Shown here piece by piece: positions 23,951 through 36,017 of a DNA stretch of 64,000 nt. This DNA is from Rhizophagus irregularis (taxonomy: Eukaryota). The notes beneath the pieces are model-generated. The model searched no databases, was not told where the DNA came from, and was given only the letters and a program-made list of their open reading frames with translations. Where the stretch lies: assembly GCF_026210795.1 (NCBI RefSeq), contig NC_089429.1, forward strand, positions 1,612,001 through 1,676,000. Direction: 5' to 3'. Every line of letters starts with the position of its first letter. Within the stretch, counting starts at the first letter, position 1. Made by a program: the position numbers and the translations under genes.

Positions 23951-25579
23951 TTACTTCTCATTTACAAAATCATAAATATCTATAAGCAAATCGTTATAAT
24001 TTTGAATTTTAATATTATGTAATTGAAACTCCTTTACTTCATCTTCTAAAGAAAACAAATTCTTCTTTTTTTCATCACCGAAACTTTCTTCCATAGCTAA
24101 ATACATAACCCTTTTTTCTTTCATAACATATTCTTTTATATAAGGTAAAATATCCTCACTTTCATTATAAATCTTATTTTTAATTAATAATTTTTTAATA
24201 AAAATATTCTGAGAATTCTTAAAAAATATTCCCAAATCATTTGTATTAATCTTGAAAGCTAAATTTAAATATTCTAATTTATGAGGTAGAATTTGACCTA
24301 GATTTTGCAATATAATTGAACTAAGTTCAGTATCATGATCTAATTGATATATATAAAATTCATGGAGATCAATGGAAATAAAATTAAGATTTTGTCCAAC
24401 ATCTTCAATTAAATCAAATGTTGGCCAAAGTTCTTTTTTATCAAATTCAAATAATTCAAAAAACTTAATCCTTGTACAATAACGTTTAATTACTTCCAAT
24501 AATTGTTGTTTTGATGCATGACTTCTTGATCTAAGGCCAAAATATTCTATATAATCACCAGATTTTTGTAATAATGATTCCAATGATTTAATATCTAATA
24601 TTTCATTTATAAATAAAGATTTTAATTTAAATGGTTTAGATAAATTAATAATTTGCTCAATAATAACAGAATTTAAAGAATAACAATCTAAAATATGAAC
24701 AGATTCTAAAACATTTAGTTGTTCAAACACTTCCTTAAAATCAACCATACTATTAAACCGAATTCCATAAAATATAATAGTTTTTAAGGTATTTAAACAA
24801 TAAGAATCCTTTAAATAATTTAAAGTATATTCAAAATGATATTCAAAAGAAATTTTTTTAAGATTTTGTTGTGATTTAATAATTTGTGATAAATTCTTTT
24901 CAACTTGCTCATCTTCATCCATTGAAGCTAAAATATGAAGTGATGAAATTGAATTGCAATTATAATAAAATCTTTCTAAAAATTCCATATTCTCCATTCT
25001 TTCACTAAAATGAAGAATTAAATTTTTAACATTATTAATAAAATTTGGATTTTTTAAAATTAATTCAAAAGTAGAATTAAAACATTTATCCCCAATAACA
25101 CTTAAAGTTATAGGAACTTCAACTTCAAAAGTATGTAAACTAATTCCATTTTCAATAAATATTTTGATTAATAACATAAAAATAAATTTTGTTGATTCCA
25201 TTATATTAACAGATATTTTAGTTTTAATCCACTTTTTGACAGAATAAACAAATGTATAAGTATCCAAACATTTAATAAAACTGGAATAATTAAATAATGT
25301 ATTCAAAGAAAATGTTTCATTATTAATTCCAAATTCATTTAATCTTGTTTTATCATCTTCATTTAATTTGTATAAGGAAGGTTCAAGAATATTTTGATTT
25401 TTAGGAAGTTTTAATTTCTTTGAAAATGGGTCTTCCCATAATAATGGAATTGCTATACGACACCATAATCTATTGACAAAAATACATGAATGTAATGCTA
25501 AATGGTCATACTGTAAATATTGTATGATTTTACTTGTTAATTCTGGCATATTTCCTGAAAATATTTTTGAACACGCCAT
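23951..25579 (-). CDS. F-box-like / LRR protein, 542 aa, intronless
   Basis: Same family motifs; closest at both ends to the 18084-19727 gene. Confidence 0.88.
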   Translation of the reverse strand: MACSKIFSGNMPELTSKIIQYLQYDHLALHSCIFVNRLWCRIAIPLLWEDPFSKKLKLPKNQNILEPSLYKLNEDDKTRLNEFGINNETFSLNTLFNYSSFIKCLDTYTFVYSVKKWIKTKISVNIMESTKFIFMLLIKIFIENGISLHTFEVEVPITLSVIGDKCFNSTFELILKNPNFINNVKNLILHFSERMENMEFLERFYYNCNSISSLHILASMDEDEQVEKNLSQIIKSQQNLKKISFEYHFEYTLNYLKDSYCLNTLKTIIFYGIRFNSMVDFKEVFEQLNVLESVHILDCYSLNSVIIEQIINLSKPFKLKSLFINEILDIKSLESLLQKSGDYIEYFGLRSRSHASKQQLLEVIKRYCTRIKFFELFEFDKKELWPTFDLIEDVGQNLNFISIDLHEFYIYQLDHDTELSSIILQNLGQILPHKLEYLNLAFKINTNDLGIFFKNSQNIFIKKLLIKNKIYNESEDILPYIKEYVMKEKRVMYLAMEESFGDEKKKNLFSLEDEVKEFQLHNIKIQNYNDLLIDIYDFVNEK

Positions 25580-26471
25580 AATGATAGACGGAAGAGAGAA
25601 AAAAAAGGGGTATTCGTTTTAGATTAGCAAATTAGGTCAAATTTAATTAGTGATCGGCATGTGTGTGACAATACAGCCTGATTAGCACAATTACAAAATT
25701 GATCAGGTGATCAACTTGCGTAAGCTTATGACATATTTTTTGTTATTTTATTACAGTCGTTACATCTAATAAATTAAATATGTTAAGTTTTTTTTTCCCG
25801 TTCGATATTGTTTGTGATTTGATAAATGAAATGTATGGTCTTGTCTTTTACTAATCTTGAAAATTATTTCCTTTTTTTATCATGGACATTGATTCTTTCT
25901 AACGTAATTCAAGGTTTGTAGAATAAAAGAAATATAAATTTTATTAGAAATATTGTTATATTAAAGCCTGCAACAGATAATTTTTTAAAAAAATCATTGT
26001 AAGATTTTAATTATCTTAACCATTAAAAGTTTTTTTACCCGCTACATGTATATATATTTTAATTGTTATTAATCATATGTAAACAAATATCAAAAATTAT
26101 TATTAAAACGCAAAATAAGTTTATTGCTTTAAGAAAACGTATTTAGAAGTCAAAATAAATTTATTATATTTTATACATTAGCGATTCTCAAATTTATATT
26201 AATATTTCTATAAATTCATAATACTTAATGATCTATAACGAATCTAATTTAAATATTAATTGTCAGTCACAAAATCATTAATTAATTATTTGTTCTGATT
26301 GTTCAGCAACATATTCATAATTTTCGCTACATTGTGAGCAAATTCAATTGTGATAAAATTCCTAAATAAAATTTTAGAAAAATTTATTACTACTTTGTTA
26401 ATTTACCACAAGCAAAAAGTATATATAAAGCTTATATAAAAATAATGACATACATTACTTATTATTTATCT

Positions 26472-27433
26472 CATCAGGAGATTAAATTATGTGTATATTA
26501 ATGTAGATTTATCAAATATGGGTAATCCCGAAAATTTACACCTTGAAAAAACTCGTAAATACGCGATATTGTTTAATTTACACTTAAAATATAGTATTTG
26601 ATAATTCGTGTCTAAAATAATTGCATAGATTTTTTATAAACAGATAGTTTCAAAAATCTATATTCTGAAAAATTGTATAAATACATAATTTTGAGTATTC
26701 TATATATAAAATCACAGTCTAAAATATTTCAACAAATTTCCATCTAAAAAAAATTGTGTAAATTTACATAAACAAGTAGTTTCGGATATTCACATGCTAA
26801 AAAATTGTACAAACATATGATTTTAAGCAATCCATACATAAATACAACAATTCGAAATATTTTGATAAATTTGTGTTTAAAAAAGTAGTGTGGATTTATA
26901 TAAATAGATAGTTACACCATTTTATGATATAAAAAAATATGTAAATATGCAATTTTGCGTAACTTACTCAAAAAGTATGATTTTTAAGATAAATATAAAA
27001 TATAATACTGTAAATTATAAAAAAAGTTAAATAGCATAGTGGTTAAGTTGCGAGATATGATATATAATAAAATAACTCAAGGTAATCAGTTCGATTCCTA
27101 AGGTAAGCAAAAAATAAATAAATAAATAAATATAAAAAAATTATGCCGAGTAAATAAAAATATTAAGGAAAGAAATAACAAATGAAGGAAAGGAGAGAGG
27201 TGAGAGAGAAATAAAGGGAACAAGAAGAAAAAGAAAGGAAGAGAAGAATTTTATCGTGTATTCCCTTATATTTAAAAATACAAAAATTTTTTATTAAATT
27301 AATATAGGAATTCTCATTATTAAGAATATTTGTGATTTTACATGCCCGTATACCCACGTAGGTGTCGTGAATTTGCGTGATTTTTTACATACGTGTAATT
27401 TTGCAAATCTACACCCTTTTTAAACTCCTGATG
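26472..27433. mobile_element. Non-autonomous TIR element with internal tandem repeats
   Basis: catcaggagattaaa vs tttaaactcctgatg, plus tgtagattt / aaatctaca; three degenerate repeats of about 132 bp at about 26600-26975; no convincing TSD. Confidence 0.6.
27032..27130 (+). other. tRNA-like Pol III promoter remnant (A box and B box) with A-rich tail
   Basis: TAGCATAGTGG at 27032-27042 fits A-box TRGCNNARYGG; GTTCGATTCC at 27089-27098 fits B-box; no acceptor stem; followed by (aaat)n. Confidence 0.4.
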
Positions 27434-28585
27434 CTAATAATAATTATCCTTCCCTATCACCACATCAAGTAAAGGAATAATATTATAAAATGTATATATG
27501 TATATTCAATTCAGATAAATTATTCTTTCTAGGCATTGCAATTATGTTAAAACTGGAAAAAATGCATCATCAAAAAATTTTGCCACTTCTTCAGAAAGTG
27601 TTGGAACACAAAATGCATATTTTTTGGAAATGCATTTAACATATTTGGAAAAAAGTCAGATAATAATTTTGATGTTATACTATAAAAATCAAAGTAGTCA
27701 ATTAAATAGTACTAAAAATTGGGATTGTATGAATATTTGAAGATGCAATAAATACATAAAATAAAGCTTACTTGGCAGTATAATTTCCCTGATTTCAATA
27801 TGTTTCTATTTTCTCCATTATTGTAATCCAGTTCATCCAGTTCAAACTTTCTTCTGAACTATCTCTATTGACACAAATAACTGATGCTTCATGAAGATCA
27901 ATCATTAATTCTGTTTTGAAATTTTGTTTTTTTTCTTGAATCTGAATGAGGTTAAGGAATTAGTGAGGCCTCAATTAATACTAGAATTTCCATTAAAAAT
28001 TAGGATATTCAAATATTTATTTATTTGTAAATCATGCAAAATTAGATATTTGAACATGTTGAATTTAAAAATTTTTGAATATCTGAATCTTATTATGACT
28101 TTCAAATGGAAGCTCATACATTTTTAAGGTTAAGTTGTACATATACCTCATTGAACTTCATCTTTTGACACTTATATTTAATAAATCCAATAATATTTAC
28201 CTCTCTATACTTTGTTTCAATCATTATTACTTTATCTTCAGATCCGCTAGTACCAACAAAACTTCATATTTGAATTCATTTCCACAAACTTCATCTTTGC
28301 CATGTGGAAGTGGAAACTATTAATAGAAAGGATAGTTAATTATATATTCATTAAGTAGTAAATCTCAATATATAACAAAGCTGAGTTTTTTTACAATAAC
28401 AGATTCCTTCAGAATCAGTAGTTCTTATTCAAAGAAACTTTATTAGATTGATTTAATGGCAAAAACTCATACAGTATGGAAGAACGAACAATCTATCCAA
28501 ATGGTTTAGATGGTCATATTTGGGATCATCCTTGTAGGCAATTTCATACAATGTGGCAAGAACATCATTCTTGAAATCACCTTTG

Positions 28586-28842
28586 AGTCAGCGATTTTTG
28601 GAAAAAATGACAAGTCAGTAATTTTTAGTAATAACTTTATGGAAAAAATGACAATTTAGTAATTTTTGGGGAAAATGATAAATTAGAATAATAATTTTGG
28701 GAAGGAAATGTCAAGTCAATCAAGTTAATAACTTTGGAACAAAATGTAGTAACTTTTGAAACAAAATGATGAGTCAGTGTCTTTTTGGCAAGTCAGTAAT
28801 TTTTGGAAAAATATGACAAGTTAATAATTTTTGGAAAAAAGA
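28586..28842. repeat. Degenerate minisatellite, unit about 28 bp
   Basis: Roughly nine copies of agtcagtaatttttggaaaaaatgaca. Confidence 0.8.
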
Positions 28843-29190
28843 AGTGAACAAAATAGTTTATTTTTGTGATTTTTTAAACTCATAAATGTCATCAAATACA
28901 TCAAGAATTCTCATCAACACAATTACACAATTGTAGTAAATATAGTACAAATTATGAGTTGTATCATGTCTAACTAATTTAATTATTGGATATAATTATG
29001 TGATTTTTGGATATATACTCCCCGTTATGTTAAATTTTTCGTAGATCAAATTAATCTAGTGCGGGCTGAGCTTAATAGCAACATCACGTGATATTACCAC
29101 GTATTGAAATTTATTCCTCGCTCTTAACAACTGGTATTAAGAATATAAAAAAATCGATAAATAAATAAATATATATACATACTGTATATT

Positions 29191-29327
29191 GGGGGTCTTC
29201 ACAAAAACGTGATTGAGATTGAGATTGAGATTTCATATAGAATTTTCAATCTTAATATGTTAGTAAGATTGAAATTCTATACTAAATTTCAATCTCAATC
29301 TCAATCACGTTTTTTGTGAAGACCCCC
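29191..29327. mobile_element. Foldback MITE (almost entirely palindromic), 3-bp TSD ATT
   Basis: gggggtcttcacaaaaacgtgattgagattgagattga ... tcaatctcaatctcaatcacgttttttgtgaagaccccc; att at 29188-29190 and 29328-29330. Confidence 0.88.
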
Positions 29328-30901
29328 ATTATAATATTGTTATTTAACAGGGACTTGATTGACTTGATTAGCGAGACCTGATAATAAATTTGATAGAATG
29401 ATTGATTTATTTTTTTTTTATTTTTATTTGTGATAAATGACAATAAATATGCTTACTATATAAAATATTATACCATAAAAGTTTTATTTAATACAACAAT
29501 TGACAATAGATATCTTAATAAAGAAGTTTTTTTCTATGGAAAAAATGGATTTTTTATTATGAGATGAGTCAAATTTTATAACGTTAACAGATTGTATATT
29601 ATTTTGATAATGGATTGATTACATTAACTATATCATATATGATATATATATTAAGTAATATAATATTAGGCACATTTAATTTAATTACCATGTCAAATTT
29701 TATCAAAATATTTTATTTACATCGGTCAAATGTTGCACTAGTACTTGTTTTAAGTGTAATAAATATCATAATCAACTTCCGGCATCACGTTCAGATTATC
29801 TGCGTCACGTTTAAATGAATATTGTGGTTCTGAACGTTAATAATGAATTAAACAATTCGTCTTAATAATTAATATTAATATTAATAACAAAAGAAAAAAA
29901 ATATATTTTTTTTTAAAAAAAATGGAAATTAACAGTAAATATTTTAATCATATGTTTCCAGATTTTTTGTTTGTGAATTTGTTTATAAGATTATTTTATA
30001 CTTTTTCTCTAATAAGTGTTCATATTGGAAATTTCTTCTATAATATTGCGTATTTCAAACTATTTCACTATTATATTTTTTCAATGAAGGTGAAGTATTG
30101 CCATGTTTTACTAAATTACGTATACTTTTTTAAATAAAATAATATCGATGATTATTTCGAACCGCAGTCATCCGTAAAATTGTGTAAAGGAATCTTAACT
30201 TAATTTAGATATAGACATAAGTAAACAATACAAACGCCAACATAAGCAATATGCTAGTAAAAGTGAACTGGTATCCAATTAGTAAGTAAACATATATAAA
30301 AAGAGTTTAGCATATCTGATATGATTAATCTATGTCAGCAGGGCAGTGTCAGGGCAGTAAATATTTTATATTATTTATAATGTACATTTATTTTGAATTT
30401 TTAAATTAGTTTCCAATCTAGGCTTTTGGTGCCTGCGTTATGTTTTTCAAGGTTCGACCCACGTTTCCAGACCTGCATCACGTTTAATCTACGCTTCCGA
30501 GTCTAGCGTTGCGTCAAACAATCCCATGCTAATTCCAGTTTTTTAAGTTTGATCCCGGGTATTCTGGATCTGTTGCGTTTAATATTACTTTAAAAGATTC
30601 CATCTTAATAGTTAATATTAAAATTAGTAAAAAAAAATAGAAAATCTTTATCGTAAAGAAATTATTTATTTTTAAATTTTAGTTGGTTTAGAGTTTAATC
30701 TTGTCAGTTTTCTTTTCCCGTGACTCAAATTCTGATTCGAGTACGAGCTTTAGTAGTTATATCATGTATTAAATTTTTATATCCTTAAATATAATGTAAA
30801 TATATTCAAAGTCAAGAATGAGTAAAAGTAATAAAAAAATAGCTTGATTTTCAAATTAATATATATCATCTAATTTAAATATACATTGATATTCCTATAA
30901 T

Positions 30902-32559
30902 TTAAGTAATCCTTTTCTTAACTTGAAATATTTCATAATCAACAATATCAAAATAATTTCTTGGAATATTAATATCGGTGTAAGAATTTGGATAAGAACT
31001 CCATTGTCCATCTGTTTTCATACATAGATCATGACTATCTTCATAACTTGTATATGCTCCAAATATTGGTCCCCAATTTGGATCACTTATTACAGTACTA
31101 TTAATGTTAATTGGTCTACTAATTATACCTGATTCAACATTTCTATTATCATTAAATGAAAATAAAAAACTATCTGGAGTACTATAACGGCCTCGTCCAC
31201 TCCAATCAAGGGGATTATATCCTCCAATTATTTGATTATCCCAATCAATGGGAATATTATATCCATATATTTGATCACTCCTACTTTGATTTGGATTTTT
31301 AATTTTTATAACTGTAATGGTTGCTCCTTTGTTGTCGCATTTATTATGAAATGATTTAGGATCAAAACCATCCCGACTACCACGTAAAATAAGATTAAAA
31401 TCATATGATATATTATTATTATACTTGTAATTATCTTTTCTTTCAATCCAATTAATCCAATTTGCAAAAAGTGCAACATGTTCTTTATTAATAAATAAAG
31501 AATCAACTGTGACTGTGTTAATTAATGAAGACTTAATATTCTTTTTTGAACGTCTTTTCGTATAATTATTGAATGATGGTTTAAATCCAGGAACCATATG
31601 AAATTTTAAAATATCTTCTCGTAATTCCTTAGATAAAATTTGTTCATAAGGTCTAACTTTATTAAAATAATCTTCTGAAGATATATCATAAAATCTAATT
31701 AATGGCATAAAATTATGAAGGATTCTTTCAAAAATATTAAATTTTTCTCGATTCCATTTCGAAACGTGTTCATCAAGAATTTTGTCTTTCGCTAATCCCC
31801 ATTTAATCAAATTTTCCCAAATTTCAATTTCATCTAAAATTAAATCATCTTGTTTCAAGATAATCTCCAATAGAGGAGCAGGTAAATTAACAAACTTAAC
31901 AGAATTAAATAAAATATTAGGTTTTGAATAGATATTTTGCAAACATAATCTTTGTATATTATTAAAGATTTTATAAGAATAAACCATTTGAAGAATTTTA
32001 ATCGGATCATTTTGTAAGAAATTTTGATGATGATCAATAAGGAAATCTTCGGCAAGTTCAATTAATTGATTCAATTTTAAATCGTCAAAAGCGGTCATCA
32101 TGTTTAAAATCTCAACACCAGTATTATTTGTCATATCAACATGTCCAGTATAAAAATACCTATATTTATATTTTGAATAATAGAAAAAAAATAAAAAATA
32201 TTAAATTAATATAAAAGTTATGTAACTATATAATCCTATTAATATAATGAAATAATATATAATTACTTGATAATAACATCGAAAGCTTGAGGAGTAATAT
32301 TTGGCTTATTAATTACATATTTACCATCCTTTTTAATAGTATCTTTTGTAGAAAGGATCGAATTAAAATAGTCGGACCTACAACATAGAAAACCAGAATG
32401 CGCATGAAATTCCTTAGTATCCGATTCTTTCCCGACATGAATGATGACATCATAATTAGTTTCAGTTTTAAGCAACTTTTCAAGCGCTTTTAAAACTTCA
32501 GATTCAAATTTATATGGCATATTTATTTTTAAAACTTCAGATTCAAATTCACATGACAT
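30902..32559 (-). CDS. BTB/POZ-BACK-TLDc protein, 2 exons, about 516 aa
   Basis: Exon 1 32559-32267 (YDVIIHVG..FHAHSGFLCCRSDYF, BTB), GT-AG intron, exon 2 32159-30902 (YFYTG; EIEIWENLIKWG BACK-like; LILRGSRDGF..FHNKCDNKGATITVIK..IIGGYNPLDW..DSFLFSF..GPIFG..DYEIFQV TLDc). Confidence 0.9.
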
Positions 32560-33019
32560 ATTTATTGTATTTATTGAACAGGTATAAAATAAGATAGGAA
32601 AAAGCACAGCAAAATCAATTTTAAAATGATTTTTTTAACGTAAGAAACAAAATAGGGAGCGAACGTTAAAAGAATGAAAATAGTAATGTACCGTACATTT
32701 ATATAGAATCTACTAATGGCTCCCAAATAAGAAAGAAAGAAGAAATATATTAAAAAATGGGTTTTTATTTTTTCTTTTTTCGAATGTCTAATAGTATCAA
32801 ATGTTATCCTAAATTTCCCAAATAAGAAAAAATGACTATTAATATGATCATTATTTTTATTAGCTTGAAGATAAGATTGCCGAAAAGCCCGTGTAATGTA
32901 TCTAGCTTTAATCATAGGATTATTTTAATAAATTTGTTGATCGTGCTAACCATGAAATTCAATATATGGTTAGTTTGATGCCCAAATATAGCTTAAACTT
33001 TTCCAGCATTTTTATATTT

Positions 33020-33087
33020 AAGCTTGAAGCTTGAAGCATATACTTAAGTGTAGGCTTAAGCATAAGCTTCAAGCTTCAAGCTTCAAG
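33020..33087. repeat. Inverted array of 7-bp units
   Basis: aagcttgaagcttgaagc (33020) pairs with gcttcaagcttcaagctt (33066-33083). Confidence 0.6.
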
Positions 33088-34392
33088 TATTGATCCGCAG
33101 TTAGCTTCTCTACAGATGGCAGGTTAATATATACATATATTTTTTTTAAAAAAAAAAATTAAAAAAAAAACGTGATTCTTTTCAAAAAAAAATGATGATC
33201 ATGTACACGTAATCATGTACTAACAAAATGGTAAAAATGATAAGCGTAATTATTTATTTACTATGAAAGTTATCAAAAAAAAAATATTACCATAAATAAT
33301 ATCATAAATAAATATCACAAATAAATAAAACAAGATGATGATGATTTAAGTATCAAATTTAATGTTAATGAATTTGTTGGAAAGGGATATGTTGCTGACA
33401 AATTTAATATACTTAAAAGCGGATAAAAGAATTGATAATAAAGCGAAAAAAATCCATAAACAGATTCTTTTTCTTAATATATTCTACATTATTACAAACA
33501 AAAACATAAATACACAACTCACAATAAATAAAATTAACTGGAAAGATATTAAAGACCGACTTAATTCCTGACGCCACCTTAGTTTAGGAATAAATGAATT
33601 TTCTATATTTGTTATTAAATGAAATTGCATATCAACCGCAGTTAAATCTTACCGCAGCAGTACATTATTAATCACATGATACGATTGATTTGCTGTAACG
33701 AGATTTAAACAGATAAACATTAGTAACTGCTGTTTTAGCTTTTTTTAAATCGAAAATAATCACCTCGTGATAATATTATGACCACCACGCAACGTGAACA
33801 TACATCATATCAATAAAGTAATAAAGTAAATACAAATAAAAATACAGAAAAATACAGAAACGAAACTATTCTAACTATGCGACATAAAACTCAGTAACAC
33901 ACTAACACTACGCGTCCCTAACATTATGAACAGTTATTAACGTCATCATTATTATATATCAAAGATTTTCATATTTATTTTTAAGCTCGTATGATAGAAA
34001 GAAGGTAAATTATCAATTTCCTTTCATTTTTTTTTTTTGAAATTAATTAGGGTATCTGACAGATTATTTAATGATAGGCTGCAGTACAAGAATGTGATTT
34101 TACCAAATAAAACTTCATTAATGAAAATCGTGCAGTAAAAATTTTTTTTACTTGGATCAGCATGTGGAGAAATTAATATAACAATGATTGTCAACATGAA
34201 ATCATATATTCTACAATTTTTTTTATAATTTGAACAACTTAAAGGCAAAATATGTATCGGAAACGTTGCTTAGAAAATTTTAACTTCGTGAATAAGTTCA
34301 ATACACCACTAAAAGGAAATATTGAATTAAATATCATTTGTATAATTTTTACGTTCAACTTTTATAAACTACTTACTTTGAAATATAACATT

Positions 34393-35153
34393 ATGAATTC
34401 AGATATGCGTAACAATATATTTGATTCTAGGCCAAGATTAAAATCTTGTCCTGTATCTGCTTTATTTATTTCTTTTATGAATAATGAGAATGAATAAATG
34501 TAGTAATTATTGTGGAATTGAACTAAACACTCCTGTACTTGAGCAAGAATACTGCTCAATATATTGAACATGAAATTTTAACACAATGAATATTCAAGAA
34601 TGATGTGAAATATATCGTTCTGTAATCACAAATATTTTGTCATTTAATAAAAAATATTTATTACGAGTTGTGTTCATAAAAAAATAGATTGTGAATTATG
34701 TAATAAATGGTGGTCAACATGGTTATTTGACATAGTCAAGAATCAAGATCGTAACCCAATTTCTTCTGGGGCAAAATAATCATGTAGATCTTTTCTTTTA
34801 TGATAATTCTGGTTAAAATTTTATTACTCTTTTTAGATGCTGGCTGACATTATCTTAATTCCAGTCCTGAACTCCTGAAGAAATATGTACAACAGACTAC
34901 TCCTGGACCTAGTAAATATTATTTAAGTGAGGTAATACTTAACATTACATGTTGTATTTTTGCAATGTATTTAAAGTTAATTGATACATTTTATAATTTA
35001 GTTAAAATCATTTTGTCAGCTTGATGCGAGATTATTTTTGGTTAAATATTATGGTATTACACAAAGTCCTTTAATAAAAGAATATATATTAATATTTAAT
35101 TATGCAAATGGTGGAATAGAAAGGAAATATTTATATTTTATAGATTTTAACTG
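34393..35153 (+). pseudogene. Deleted, decayed paralogue of the Cys-rich kinase at 50507
   Basis: MNSDMRNNIFDSRPRLKSCPV (cf. MNADNNTFDPTPRLKSSPVP), acaatgaatattcaagaatga (cf. TMNIQEW, W to stop), HKKIDCELC, SKYYLSE followed by a GT intron, LKSFCQL..YYGITQSPLIKEYILIFNYANGG. The catalytic lobe is absent. Confidence 0.82.
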
Positions 35154-36017
35154 GGTATTTGTATTTAATGTATGAATTTATTTTAAATATTTCGTTAACG
35201 TCTTACTGATAATGTTTTTTTTAAAAAAAAGTTTCAAATTTGAAAACTCACCAACCATATAAAATATGCTTATCTCCCATATCTAAATATGTATTTAAGG
35301 GATACTATACTGGATAGTACTCAATAGCACCCATTAATAAGGTACTAGTTTTATATAAGAAACAATAAAAAAAAAGTAATGAAACATTTTTAAAAAAAGT
35401 TATTGAAAACTTTTCCAAAACTTACCTAGGTTCTCCAAAATGCTGTTCCAAAGAAACTAGAGATAATAACATAAAGTTTCGGAAGTTTGATTATCTCTGA
35501 AACTTGCCCAAGTAACCTGACCGGTATTATACAAAAAAAGAAAAAAGAAAATGTTAATATCATTTTTAATTTTTTTAAAAAAATAAAAGAACATAATTAA
35601 TGTTGGATGAATCTATCAATTTCATTAATCATTTGAATTTTTCCAGAATTATTATTCTTCCAACTGCGTTATTAAATATTCAAATTCAAAAAAAAGGAAC
35701 CTAATTGTCATACTGTAAGCATGATAAAAACTAACATTATGCAAATTCTTGCGATAACCTGTTGTACTTTATTTCTCTTTAAAAAAAAAAAGAAAGAAAC
35801 TTCATTCATTTAATGGACAATATAAATGAATAAAAAAATTCATTCGATTAAAATTTATTTGCTCATTTATGATACCTCATAATTAAAATTAAGTGCAATT
35901 AAGATTTCCTGCTTTATTTTTTAGTAGAACTCATACATGGTATAAAATAAATATATTAAAATACATAGAGTAGAAATTTTTTACTTTGCTTATAATTAAT
36001 TCATAGTATTTAAATGA

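Noticed and set aside
27025..27110. Functional tRNA gene
   Set aside because: No acceptor stem or interpretable anticodon arm; kept only as a promoter remnant.
28586..28842. CRISPR-like array
   Set aside because: Degenerate tandem units with no unique spacers, eukaryotic context, no cas genes.
32571..32915. 114-aa minus-strand ORF upstream of the BTB gene
   Set aside because: F/I/K-rich composition typical of AT-rich non-coding DNA, no motifs.
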